From a phage, in the sequence record PX068454.1: DNA of 64,000 nt; one strand, written 5' to 3'. This document shows positions 47,493-57,107 of this stretch, one piece after another. Within the stretch, counting starts at the first letter, position 1. Each line of letters starts with the position of its first letter. Made by a program: the position numbers and the translations under genes. The notes under the pieces were generated by a model. That model had not been told where the DNA came from, ran no database searches, and was given only the letters and a program-made list of their open reading frames with translations.

Positions 47493-47966
47493 TTAGATAA
47501 TACCTGCAAGACCTGCGAGGCCAGTGAGAGCACCAGTGATGTTGTCACGGTTGAGCCATGCATCCAGAATACCGATATCCCAGTCCAGTTGACCTACTTC
47601 GGTTCCGTAAGTCAGGTCAGGCTGTTTCTGGATCCAACCGATTGTGGAAATACCAGGGCCCTGGCTACCTTCCAGCAGAACCGGGAAGAACACCAGGCCA
47701 GTAATCGATGCCTGTTTCTGCCAGTCAGAAAGGTAAGCGTTCCATACAGAAGTGTTCTGCAAAGACACAGTCATAACACCAGATTGGTTACGAGACAGAG
47801 CCGCAGACATTTCACCATCCACACCGACGTGAGGATAAATGTTGTCTTCGTTTCTTGAAACAACAATCTTGGTGTCAGCAGCGAAGCCAGTGACACGCTG
47901 CTGCATCAGATACAGTTTGACCTTTTTAGGGTCATACGCATAAGGAGTTAAAATTTGAGTTTCCAT
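47493..47966 (-). CDS. putative tail tube protein
   Basis: 157 aa; position between 458-aa protein and chaperones. Confidence 0.45.
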   Translation of the reverse strand: METQILTPYAYDPKKVKLYLMQQRVTGFAADTKIVVSRNEDNIYPHVGVDGEMSAALSRNQSGVMTVSLQNTSVWNAYLSDWQKQASITGLVFFPVLLEGSQGPGISTIGWIQKQPDLTYGTEVGQLDWDIGILDAWLNRDNITGALTGLAGLAGII

Positions 47967-47976
47967 CTAGGCTTCC

Positions 47977-49353
47977 TTATTCAGTCATTGCAACAGCATT
48001 GGTGGATTTAGAACCAACTTTGTCCAGAAGGACGTTGATCCGGATACGAACGAAGTGCAGGGCGTTATTATACACCAGTTCTACTTTCACACCTTCCAGA
48101 ACACGAGCAGCCAACTGATTGGTTGGGATTTCTGCACGTTTAGGAACTGTGATGATCGGGTCGTAGAACACATTATTGTCTTCGTCGAAACCTGTCAGGA
48201 TCGCACCATTCTTAATGCCAGTGTTGATTGGGTTGTTCATCAGGACAGACTTGATAACCGGAAGATCATCATCAGACATCTTCATGCTTAAACCCATATT
48301 GGAGCGACGATGCATGTACCCAAACATGGACTCTTCAGATCTGAACTTGATCCAGTGTGCAAAACGAATAGCGTCTGCATACTGACCTGAAGCACACTTA
48401 CCTTCCCAGAAAGCACCAACACCGTTGATTGTTCTGTAGAAGTTAATGTTGTTCTCCCAAATCGCCATGCGCTGGGTCAAGGTCAGGGATGGTGCAAGAA
48501 CACCAGGCATCTGTTTTAAGTGTAAGCTGTCGCCGTATGACGGATCGTTGGATGCCATAGCACCGATAATACCGCCCTCTGGGAAGTCTTTGTCTGCGCG
48601 AGGGTCGTACATACCAACACTGTCATATTTTGCAGCTTTCAGTTTAGTGGCAATATTGCTGTCTTTACCAGTCACATCTTCTGCAGTAGAGTAGACATGC
48701 AGTTTGTAGTTAGCCTGAGCCCACTTAGCACACGCTTCAATGTCCGTGTGGTCTTCATGACACAGGAAGTACCAATTATCCTGCTCAGCGTTGATCTTGT
48801 CGATCACGGTAGAAGGTTTTTCACTATTAGCAATGTTTTTGATCGTATAGTTACCAGTATGATAACCAACAGTACAATCACCAGTGATGGTGATAACACC
48901 TTCTTCGGCCTGCACGGTGATACCGTCTAAGCTATCATCAGCCTCAATTTTTTCCTTCATTGCCTCTGCGATCTGAGTTGCCCCTGTTCCACCAGAGATA
49001 GGGACTATCAAGGCAGTATTGTAGTCACCTTTTGCAATAGTCATTACAACATCGGTATCAGCTGCGGCAGCAATACCTTTAAAATCTACAGTGGTCTTTT
49101 CTTTGGCCTGTCTGCCGATCATAACGTATTGTGGAGGGAATACACCACCAAAAGCTTTTGCTGCAAACTCATACGCTGCAGAGCCTTGTGCGAAACCATC
49201 TTCCACCATCTGATCCAGCTCCGCATATACGCGAGCTCGCTCAGTAAAGTTATTGTGGATAGCGATGAACAGGGGAGTTTCGAAACCTACAGTGTCAATA
49301 GGCTGGGTTCCGAGGTTAACTGTAACATCTACCACTTTATCTAAATATGGCAT
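47977..49353 (-). CDS. putative tail sheath protein
   Basis: 458 aa; precedes tube gene as in contractile-tail operons; position-based. Confidence 0.4.
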   Translation of the reverse strand: MPYLDKVVDVTVNLGTQPIDTVGFETPLFIAIHNNFTERARVYAELDQMVEDGFAQGSAAYEFAAKAFGGVFPPQYVMIGRQAKEKTTVDFKGIAAAADTDVVMTIAKGDYNTALIVPISGGTGATQIAEAMKEKIEADDSLDGITVQAEEGVITITGDCTVGYHTGNYTIKNIANSEKPSTVIDKINAEQDNWYFLCHEDHTDIEACAKWAQANYKLHVYSTAEDVTGKDSNIATKLKAAKYDSVGMYDPRADKDFPEGGIIGAMASNDPSYGDSLHLKQMPGVLAPSLTLTQRMAIWENNINFYRTINGVGAFWEGKCASGQYADAIRFAHWIKFRSEESMFGYMHRRSNMGLSMKMSDDDLPVIKSVLMNNPINTGIKNGAILTGFDEDNNVFYDPIITVPKRAEIPTNQLAARVLEGVKVELVYNNALHFVRIRINVLLDKVGSKSTNAVAMTE

Positions 49354-49425
49354 TTGTTTCCTCTTAATATCTGTGCACGGATATCAAACACGCAGTGTAA
49401 TCATTACACTACACAATTATAACGA

Positions 49426-49977
49426 TTACTGACCACTGTCTGTAACCGCTTTACCAGAATTGGGTGAAGGGAAGTGTGTGGTTATTTCAGCCTTAATTCC
49501 CTGAAGATCCTCAAAAGCCCCAATGTCTGTTTCAACAAACCTTACGTTAAATGTCAGCATCACAGTGGCTCTATTTTCATACGTCTGCTTATTCAACGGC
49601 ACTCTTTGGGATGAGATTGTTGAATTGTTAGAGTAGGCAAAGCACGATCCCAGAGGGAAATACTTGTCATAAAACATTGGAAGGTTTATTGCTTGCAATA
49701 CTCTGCTAAGTGCAGCATATGCTCTGCCACGATAAGCTGTTAACATATAAGTAACAGTGTAGCTGTGGGTGACGTAAGCATTACCCTCCGCATCTTGAAA
49801 CTCATTATCTTCCCAAGTGGTGGGATTGATCGCCAAGGTTTGTAAAAGTACAAACTCACCTTCCGGCTTCGGTATGGTAGAGCTTTCTGCCAGAACTACA
49901 GTTCTTCCTGTGGCAACCTTGACGAGCTTAGCAATGGTTGTTTCAAGATCAGAAAAAACTTTTTCGAAAGCTTCCAT
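49426..49977 (-). CDS. head-tail joining/completion protein
   Basis: 183-aa ORF between capsid and tail genes. Confidence 0.5.
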   Translation of the reverse strand: MEAFEKVFSDLETTIAKLVKVATGRTVVLAESSTIPKPEGEFVLLQTLAINPTTWEDNEFQDAEGNAYVTHSYTVTYMLTAYRGRAYAALSRVLQAINLPMFYDKYFPLGSCFAYSNNSTISSQRVPLNKQTYENRATVMLTFNVRFVETDIGAFEDLQGIKAEITTHFPSPNSGKAVTDSGQ

Positions 49978-50402
49978 TAGTTTTCTCCTTCAGGCTCTTC
50001 TACCACAAAAAATCTATATCTCCCACCACCAGAGGTAACATATGCATCGCATTTTAAAACGGTAAACCATTTCAAGTCACCACGGATGTCAGGAAGTTGA
50101 ATTTGATCAGCCATTGCATATGTTCCTTCATCCGGACTATACAACTTGGTTGAGGAGTAAACTGTAAAAGCCTCGTACTGTCTGTCACCTTCAGGGTTTA
50201 TTTGAGAGGAGTAATCTTTGGCTGCCCTTCCTGTCAACGGCTGCACAACACACTCTAAGACATCAAACTCTTCATACTCAAGTTCTAACCCCTCGTTGGC
50301 AAAAGGGCCACCAACTGTTTTGTTATACACTCTGTGGCGACCTTTGAATGTTTTACGAGGTATTAGTCTGTTCTTTCCTATCAGCTTATAACCTGCTGCC
50401 AC
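49977..50402 (-). CDS. head-tail joining protein
   Basis: 141-aa ORF. Confidence 0.5.
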   Translation of the reverse strand: MAAGYKLIGKNRLIPRKTFKGRHRVYNKTVGGPFANEGLELEYEEFDVLECVVQPLTGRAAKDYSSQINPEGDRQYEAFTVYSSTKLYSPDEGTYAMADQIQLPDIRGDLKWFTVLKCDAYVTSGGGRYRFFVVEEPEGEN

Positions 50403-50417
50403 TCAACCCCCTTATTT

Positions 50418-50888
50418 TTACTGTCCGATTTTAAAGGTTGCAGATTCAAGCAGCACATCGTAATGCCGCATAGCCTCGTTGAAGCCCTTTTCTTGTGCCC
50501 ACTGCTCACTAACAGTAGGATTACTAAACTGACCAGCCTCAATAACAAACTGGATAGCTTTGGCCCCTGTGTCCCCCATCTGCTTAAGAATAGCCTCTGC
50601 ACTTGATCCTCTAGCCATAGCTCTCAACAATTTTTCTGTCAAGGTCTGTAGTTGAGTGCTGTGAAATGCAAAGGCTGTCTCCATGAAATTGCGAACAGGC
50701 AGCCCGTTCCAACCGAAGTTGTGAATGGCTGCCAATGTTGCCATATTTAAGCCTGACGGGTGAGGTTCGTCATAAAAGCCGTAGGTTATTGTTTTACTTT
50801 CAAGTCTCACAAGTTCTTTGTAGAAGCGATCTAAACGCTTTAGGTTGAACCTTGTTTGACATTTAACCTTTAGCATTATATCCCTCAC
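50418..50888 (-). CDS. head-tail joining / morphogenesis protein
   Basis: 156-aa ORF. Confidence 0.5.
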   Translation of the reverse strand: MRDIMLKVKCQTRFNLKRLDRFYKELVRLESKTITYGFYDEPHPSGLNMATLAAIHNFGWNGLPVRNFMETAFAFHSTQLQTLTEKLLRAMARGSSAEAILKQMGDTGAKAIQFVIEAGQFSNPTVSEQWAQEKGFNEAMRHYDVLLESATFKIGQ

Positions 50889-50929
50889 TAATGTATTTTA
50901 CCACAAAGATACATCAAAAGCAACAATTT

Positions 50930-51550
50930 TTAAAAACTGCGTTTGCGTCTTGGGTGGCGAGGAGGTTGGTTATTTAGACCACTGATAGGTGTAATACCCT
51001 GGACATCGAACGGCCCGTTGCTGTTTTCATTAAATTTAACCCGAATTCCTTCATCTACACGAACACCACCAATGATAATCATTCTGCTGTAAGCATCTAG
51101 CTCAGAATCTACATAGTCGGGGTGTGCCAGCAGCCAATCAAGGAAATCTTTCCATTGAGCGTAGGAAGATCCACCACGAATCTCTATGGTCTCATCACCT
51201 ATTTTTTCCAGACGGGAAGTTATACTTGCATTACCGCTGGACACTTCCTGCATCATCAGCCACCGCACAAGTTGCACAAGCACATTGTATTTAAGTAGAG
51301 GTAGCTTATCAGGATCTGCCGGATAATTTAGTTTCAACTTCTCCATGTCAAGGAATGTTTTAATTACCTCATCAGGGAGAGTTTCCTCATCAACATTGCC
51401 GAGCAACAACCTCATAATATTAATAAGAGGTTGGTCTGGATCAGGTTCTGGAGGTACAGGATCTTCTTTTGGTGGCTCTTCTGGGGTATCGACTACACCA
51501 TCATGGTTAGGCGGTGACGGGATAATCTCTTCATCTTCATACCATGCCAT
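50930..51550 (-). CDS. structural protein with Pro/Glu-rich N-terminus
   Basis: Start moved to ATG 51550 (MAWYEDEE, SD GAGG); the track start at 51607 is a TTG upstream of a hairpin. Confidence 0.5.
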   Translation of the reverse strand: MAWYEDEEIIPSPPNHDGVVDTPEEPPKEDPVPPEPDPDQPLINIMRLLLGNVDEETLPDEVIKTFLDMEKLKLNYPADPDKLPLLKYNVLVQLVRWLMMQEVSSGNASITSRLEKIGDETIEIRGGSSYAQWKDFLDWLLAHPDYVDSELDAYSRMIIIGGVRVDEGIRVKFNENSNGPFDVQGITPISGLNNQPPRHPRRKRSF

Positions 51551-51609
51551 TTGAAAATACCTCGTAAAAATAAAGCCCCATTCCTGATTTGGAAGGGGCC
51601 TTAACAAAA

Positions 51610-52437
51610 TTATGCCAGTGCAGCCTCAAAATCTTTCATCATATTTTGGAAAGTTTTTGCCTTACTTAAGGTAACACCGTACTCTTTAGCGAAGGTTTGG
51701 AGTGCATCTTTTGAACCACTTTTGTCATCTTCGTTGTTAAGAGCTGCGGCCTGTTTAAGGATTTCATCCTTATTCTCAATGGCTACAAATGAGGAAGATG
51801 ATACAGTCACATCTTGCGGATCTGCTACAGTAACTTCACCGTCACCACCAGGTTCAGTAGGACCTACAGGCGGCTCCGGCTCTGGTTCAGGCGGTGGAGC
51901 TATCGTAGAGACCAGTCCAAGATTTACAACCTGAGAACGTTTCTTAGGCCACTCAATGGTGAAAGTTTGGGTATCTTCTTCATAAACAATGTTGCATTGC
52001 TCATCGTTTATGGTCACTTTTTTAGGCATCCCTACAGGGTCCCATAAATGGCCCTCTGCCACGGAAACTTGGAAAGCAGCATCTACCTCTTTAAACACTG
52101 ACGGAGTGAGTGTGATATTGACATCCCCGCTTTGCAGTGTTAAAGTGCTTTCATCAAGGTTCTCTGTGAAGAACAGAAGAATAACACCCATACGGATAGT
52201 TGAAATACCAGTATCAATTGGCAGGCCTGTATGTTTTGCAATCTTCTCGAAGAAGTCTACAATAGTTCTGCATGGATAGCGAACACTGCCAATAACGAAT
52301 TCTGTTGGTGGCAGCAGGGCTGATAAACCAACATTGATTTCTGGGTTATATTGTGCTAAAAATTGATAGAAACTTAACTGATTGTTGAAAACTCTTAATA
52401 GAGGATCATACTCAACTGGATATACGGCTCTCTTCAC
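51610..52437 (-). CDS. structural protein with PEPEPEPP linker
   Basis: 275-aa ORF directly downstream of capsid gene terminator. Confidence 0.55.
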   Translation of the reverse strand: MKRAVYPVEYDPLLRVFNNQLSFYQFLAQYNPEINVGLSALLPPTEFVIGSVRYPCRTIVDFFEKIAKHTGLPIDTGISTIRMGVILLFFTENLDESTLTLQSGDVNITLTPSVFKEVDAAFQVSVAEGHLWDPVGMPKKVTINDEQCNIVYEEDTQTFTIEWPKKRSQVVNLGLVSTIAPPPEPEPEPPVGPTEPGGDGEVTVADPQDVTVSSSSFVAIENKDEILKQAAALNNEDDKSGSKDALQTFAKEYGVTLSKAKTFQNMMKDFEAALA

Positions 52438-52458
52438 GGGACACTCCTGTTAAACCCT

Positions 52459-52494
52459 AATAAATAAAAAGGGGAGGGGGAGAACCCCCTCCCC
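52459..52494 (-). terminator. strong rho-independent terminator
   Basis: GGGGAGGGGG(AGAA)CCCCCTCCCC 10-bp hairpin then TTTTTATTTA on minus strand after capsid gene. Confidence 0.7.
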
Positions 52495-52518
52495 ATATGG
52501 GATGAATCACCTTAGTGA

Positions 52519-53526
52519 TTATTCACTTTTCAGAGTTGCTTTAACAACCAGCTCTGGACGGGTGTTAACTGCCAGCATGGAAGTTTCAGATTCAATCTTC
52601 TCTTCACGCAGGTATGCAGAGTGTTTATACCACATGTACAGTTCCTGTGCTGGAGTGTTTGCTTCGTTAACATCGTCTGCCGGAGCAAAGTGCAGCTGGA
52701 ACATCTGATCAATACCCATCGGCAGAATGCGAGCTTCTTTCGTAGGAATATTACCAGAGATATCTTCGATAAAGGTGATACCTTTATGTTCAAACACACG
52801 GTATACGCTGTCTTGACCGCCAGCACCCAGACGGCGACGCAGAGGTTCCTGAGCAGAGCCGTAGTAGGTGTATGCCAGTTCTACCAGCGGGTGATGAGTA
52901 ACAGCACTGAAGAACTCCGGTGAGCACAGGGCTACGATGCGATAGCCAGCTGCGTTATCACCAGCTTGCAGCGCGATGTGCAGACGAGCTTCTTCCAGAA
53001 CCTCCATAGGATCCTGATCTGCTTTTGCAGGGTCAATCTCAACAGACTTCTGAGACACACCCCACAGAGTGTAGTAGTCATACTGACAGGTGGTGTCACC
53101 AGGTGCATAGGATTTACCCAGAATAGCCTGGAACAGTGCTTTCTCACGCAGTGCTTCATGAGAAACACGGATACGGCGAACAACGCGGGTTACTACATCC
53201 TGAACAGTTTTCGGAGCATCAGGGGTGAAGTAACGACGGAAGTTCTGAACATCTGCGGCGGTGATGCCTTTGTCCAGAGGGAAGAACGGGATGTTCAGGT
53301 TTTTAACCTGAGCACGTTCATTACCAACGTAGTTACGCTCACCACCACGACGGCGTGCCGGAATGTCGGTTACAACTTCATCAACACGCTCAATCTGAGC
53401 AATTGTTGAGGTGCCGAGACGAGTTTCGAACAGATCCATACCGGTGATCAGGCGAAATTGACGCGGAACAAGGTCCAGAGTAGCACCTAAATCAACAATG
53501 CCAAATTCATCTTTACGAGTAATCAT
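52519..53526 (-). CDS. major capsid protein
   Basis: 335 aa; position after scaffold-like gene; followed by strongest terminator in window; lambda gpE-like resemblance is from memory only. Confidence 0.6.
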   Translation of the reverse strand: MITRKDEFGIVDLGATLDLVPRQFRLITGMDLFETRLGTSTIAQIERVDEVVTDIPARRRGGERNYVGNERAQVKNLNIPFFPLDKGITAADVQNFRRYFTPDAPKTVQDVVTRVVRRIRVSHEALREKALFQAILGKSYAPGDTTCQYDYYTLWGVSQKSVEIDPAKADQDPMEVLEEARLHIALQAGDNAAGYRIVALCSPEFFSAVTHHPLVELAYTYYGSAQEPLRRRLGAGGQDSVYRVFEHKGITFIEDISGNIPTKEARILPMGIDQMFQLHFAPADDVNEANTPAQELYMWYKHSAYLREEKIESETSMLAVNTRPELVVKATLKSE

Positions 53527-53574
53527 TTATTTCTCCAAAGTAAAACTTAAATATTTTCCCGAACAATTTAGGGC

Positions 53575-53964
53575 TTACTCTTCACCAAGAGTCTGGACGT
53601 GAACTTTGTTACCCAGAGCTTCCAGCTTTTCAAGAACAGCCTGCTTAGCTGCTTCACCGTTAGACCCCAGCAGCTTATCTTTTGCAAAGGTAACACCGTG
53701 AACTGCAACAACCAGTTTATATTTCTGACCTGTTTGCAGAGGCTCAGCTAGATGAACTTTTCCTGCATCTTTTACCAGAGCTCGGTCTACAAGAACACCA
53801 TAAACATCTGAGCCATCATCGTTAGCGATAGTGCCAGTTTTTGTTACAACAGTACCAGCATGATGGTGCTCTGTCAGTGTAATTTCCATCTCTTTAAAAT
53901 TGTAGCCAGCATCGCTAGAATCAACTTTGCCGAGCACGATATCAGAATATTGAGCGGTAATCAT
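53575..53964 (-). CDS. putative head decoration or capsid-associated protein
   Basis: 129 aa between scaffold-like and capsid genes (lambda D position); position-based. Confidence 0.4.
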   Translation of the reverse strand: MITAQYSDIVLGKVDSSDAGYNFKEMEITLTEHHHAGTVVTKTGTIANDDGSDVYGVLVDRALVKDAGKVHLAEPLQTGQKYKLVVAVHGVTFAKDKLLGSNGEAAKQAVLEKLEALGNKVHVQTLGEE

Positions 53965-53984
53965 TTATTTCCCCCGTTAATGTC

Positions 53985-54962
53985 TTATTTAGTAGATTCT
54001 GCACGTGCACGAGCAAGTGCTTTTGCAACGTTTTCAGCAAGAATTTCTTCTGCGGATTTTGCAATATCATCCACAACAGGTTCGCCATCATTACCATGTT
54101 CAGTGGTGGCAAACTCTTCTTTGGTTTTATGCACCTCTGCTTCCAGCTCTTTAATTTTGGCTTGAGCTTTCTCCAGCATAGCTACAATAGGTTCGTTAGC
54201 TTTTTCCAGCATGAAGTCAACCAGGGTTGCATGATCTTCTTCACCAACAAAGCTTAAAGCTTGAGCTTTAGTCAGCATTTTAGCTTTTTCAACTTCAACC
54301 TGGGCCTTGATGATTTCTTCAGCTTTGCTCTGGGTTGCTTTCAGCTCTTCTACTTGCTTCAGCAGATCCAGATACTCTTTAGTTTTGGTTACGTCCACCG
54401 GATTCTCCTCGGTATTTGCGGATTTTGCAACATCATCTACCTCGGTAGTTTTATCCACCTCAGTAGGTTCCTGTACCGCCTTGATCAGGTTCCCTTCTTT
54501 ATCGAAGAGATCAGCGGTTACTTGTTCAAAAATCTGTTGTGTTTTTAACAGGCTGTACTGATCTACCACACTAAGCTGCTTGCCTTCTTTTGCAGCTTTA
54601 TGAATGGTCACGTTATCACAACGCTCTTCCAGCCATGCAATGCAAGACTCTGCGTCAGCTTGCGCCCATTCCCAATCAGGATGCTCTTTAGCCCAAGCTT
54701 CCTCTTCAATCTCAAAACCAAGCATGTGTGCGAGTGCTTTGGCATCGTCATACCACATATCGAAGAAACGACGCAGGTATTCTTCAAAACTCAGCTCCAC
54801 AGTAACTTGGCGAAGTGCCTTAACAATATCGTCTGTTAACTGCTCAGGCTGAAGATCACTCTTCATCAAAAGAGATACAGGTCTGTTGTTAGCGCTATAG
54901 CCTTGCGCCTTATGGCACAGGGCAATCCCCTTCTCTTTAATAGTGATTGTTTTTTCAGACAT
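53985..54962 (-). CDS. putative scaffolding protein
   Basis: 325 aa, E/K/A-rich coiled-coil composition, between portal and capsid. Confidence 0.5.
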   Translation of the reverse strand: MSEKTITIKEKGIALCHKAQGYSANNRPVSLLMKSDLQPEQLTDDIVKALRQVTVELSFEEYLRRFFDMWYDDAKALAHMLGFEIEEEAWAKEHPDWEWAQADAESCIAWLEERCDNVTIHKAAKEGKQLSVVDQYSLLKTQQIFEQVTADLFDKEGNLIKAVQEPTEVDKTTEVDDVAKSANTEENPVDVTKTKEYLDLLKQVEELKATQSKAEEIIKAQVEVEKAKMLTKAQALSFVGEEDHATLVDFMLEKANEPIVAMLEKAQAKIKELEAEVHKTKEEFATTEHGNDGEPVVDDIAKSAEEILAENVAKALARARAESTK

Positions 54963-55393
54963 TATTCATTGCCCTCTTCTACAACACTGATCCCGAAATT
55001 TACGTTGGTAATTTCGCCCGTCTCTTCATCAACATTGCCTGTTGCCTGAATGCTTAGGCCACCAACAATGCCAGCCTTCTTAGCTTCCCATAATTCAGGA
55101 TTATTGTATTTAACTTTAGCAACCCAAGAGCCAGCCTTGATGACCTGCTCAGTACCAATTACTACAACATCAAACTCTTCTTGAATCCACGTCTTTTCAA
55201 TAGTGAAAGCATCTGTAGAGGTCAAGTGGAAAAGGTTTTCAGAAACTAGGCCTGCGGCGTATGCTGCGTCCCAATTATCTTTAGCCTTTTTGATGGTGTC
55301 TTTACTCATCCACTCACCGTGAGCGTCTTTAGTGTCCGGTTCGTAGATGATTTCGTAGGAAATCATTTCTTCCTGTGGCATATTATTCCCCAT
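54962..55393 (-). CDS. hypothetical head-assembly protein; start uncertain
   Basis: ORF-track version (to 55537) overlaps portal C-terminus; first ATGs after portal stop are 55393 and 55381; no clear SD. Confidence 0.4.
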   Translation of the reverse strand: MGNNMPQEEMISYEIIYEPDTKDAHGEWMSKDTIKKAKDNWDAAYAAGLVSENLFHLTSTDAFTIEKTWIQEEFDVVVIGTEQVIKAGSWVAKVKYNNPELWEAKKAGIVGGLSIQATGNVDEETGEITNVNFGISVVEEGNE

Positions 55394-55448
55394 GTGGATT
55401 ATTTTATCACGCCAAAGGAGGTTTTGCAACCCCCTGTGTTGATAATTT

Positions 55449-57005
55449 TTAATTTTCCATGTTGGATATGGAATTATCTCTGGTTGATGACATCTTAGAA
55501 GTGCCGTTGCCAGTGGATCCTGCAGCCATACCATCACCAGCCCTGCTGATATCCTGGCCCAAAAGCTTCATCAGCTCTTCTTGATCCATGTCTTCGTCAA
55601 ATCTTTCATCAAACCCGCCTACTTCAAGAATCTTATTAATTACTGCAGGAGTTTTTGGCAAGTAACCTACAGCACCGATCCTCTGGACAAACTTGGAGAA
55701 GCTCTCCATGTCCACTTCTTCAATCAGACCAGGTTTCAGTTTAGGCATATCATCATCTTCAAGGATGATACCATTCAATGCCAGAAGCTGTGGAATAAGA
55801 TCTTTATTGAAGGCCTCAGTGATAATATCTATATCACGCTGAACAAAATGCCCATGGATGGATTGTTTTGACTCAGACAGAGAGAAGGACCCAACGTTAT
55901 CGTTACCAAGGTTAATAAAGCCAGCACCGAAACGGTCAAGAATCGCCTTCTTACGGGCATCAATCAAATCTTTAGTGGAATACTGCTTACCCATACCATC
56001 AACCCCCTTCAGGGTCATGGAGTAAAGCTCTTTACCAGACTTATCTCTATCAGACGGAAGTATAAAGAAACTTTGCTCCCCACTATGGGCGTTTGCTGCG
56101 TCCAACATAAGATCTGCAACCATTCTCCCTTCCATCGAATTCGGGTCAATGCTGGCCTTGTTCAAAATATTGGAAGGAATTTTCAGCTCAAGCACACCAC
56201 CAAGGTCTTTGGAGCAGCCAACAACCTCAAGGTTTTCAATCAAAACTTTCTCACGGAAAGATCTGTAGCAACCTATCATCGGTGACACACCTGCAGGATT
56301 AGATTCTGTTCCTGACAGAGTCATGAGCATAAGCTTTTTAGCAGGGATGAAAATTTCAGGCTCATTAAAGCCTTTTGAAGGCATTGCAGCGAGAGGTCCA
56401 GCCCAGCGTGCATTCTGAGTGTTTAGAAATGCATTAGGTGACTGATAAATACCTGTCAGTGTTCTGCTATTCTTGTCAAAGACAAACGGCTCTGATCTGG
56501 ACAAACTGGCCTGTGGTCGGAATGCAATTTTATCAATAAGAAGCATCCCGGCATATTTACCTTCTTTCTCTCTGCGGTATACTTTCTCAAACAGTGAAAA
56601 ACCATACTCGTTAAAGGTAGCTGCGCTTCTTGCAATATCTCGAAGAGTTTGTTGGTTTGCCAAATTACGCAAAGAATACTCTATAAGCTCGGCGGCTTTC
56701 TTAGAGTCTTCACTTTTAACATTATAAAGGATCTTAAAATCATTGAATGCTTTCGTGATGAAAACATATTTTGTATCTAAGGCAGTAGCAACTGTGGAAT
56801 CACATTTCATAGTCTCCACTGTGGCAATCAGCTGAGGCCAACGCAATTCCTCAACCATCATAGATTGTGATTCTGCCATAATTTGGGAAAGTGCGCCAGA
56901 ACCGATCTCACTCATACGAACATTATGAGTTGGTGCGCCTGCGTTCCCAGATTTATTCACAGTTTTGGCTGTGGCGTTGTGTTTCCTGCGGTTCTTTTTG
57001 GACAC
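55449..57005 (-). CDS. portal protein
   Basis: 518 aa immediately downstream of large terminase; acidic C-terminus. Confidence 0.6.
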   Translation of the reverse strand: MSKKNRRKHNATAKTVNKSGNAGAPTHNVRMSEIGSGALSQIMAESQSMMVEELRWPQLIATVETMKCDSTVATALDTKYVFITKAFNDFKILYNVKSEDSKKAAELIEYSLRNLANQQTLRDIARSAATFNEYGFSLFEKVYRREKEGKYAGMLLIDKIAFRPQASLSRSEPFVFDKNSRTLTGIYQSPNAFLNTQNARWAGPLAAMPSKGFNEPEIFIPAKKLMLMTLSGTESNPAGVSPMIGCYRSFREKVLIENLEVVGCSKDLGGVLELKIPSNILNKASIDPNSMEGRMVADLMLDAANAHSGEQSFFILPSDRDKSGKELYSMTLKGVDGMGKQYSTKDLIDARKKAILDRFGAGFINLGNDNVGSFSLSESKQSIHGHFVQRDIDIITEAFNKDLIPQLLALNGIILEDDDMPKLKPGLIEEVDMESFSKFVQRIGAVGYLPKTPAVINKILEVGGFDERFDEDMDQEELMKLLGQDISRAGDGMAAGSTGNGTSKMSSTRDNSISNMEN

Positions 57006-57020
57006 AAGCTTTACCCCTCA

Positions 57021-57057
57021 AAACAGTATAACAAAATAGCCCTCTGACACGAGGGCT
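57021..57057 (-). terminator. hairpin plus T-tract between terminase and portal (attenuator or processing site)
   Basis: AGCCCTC(TGACAC)GAGGGCT stem followed by ATTTTGTTAT on minus strand. Confidence 0.4.
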
Positions 57058-57107
57058 AGTATCTCCGATTACTCTATTCTACCACATCTAATTAAGATTG
57101 GCAACAC

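Noticed and set aside
52471-52494. G-run GGGGAGGGGG considered as a G-quadruplex motif
   Set aside because: It is immediately paired with the complementary CCCCCTCCCC and followed by a T-tract, so it is a terminator hairpin.
54962-55537. ORF-track version of the gene downstream of portal, overlapping the portal C-terminus by about 30 codons
   Set aside because: The overlapping portion is in an alternative frame of the portal gene and translates to non-protein-like sequence; a shorter gene starting after the portal stop is more plausible, though its start remains uncertain.
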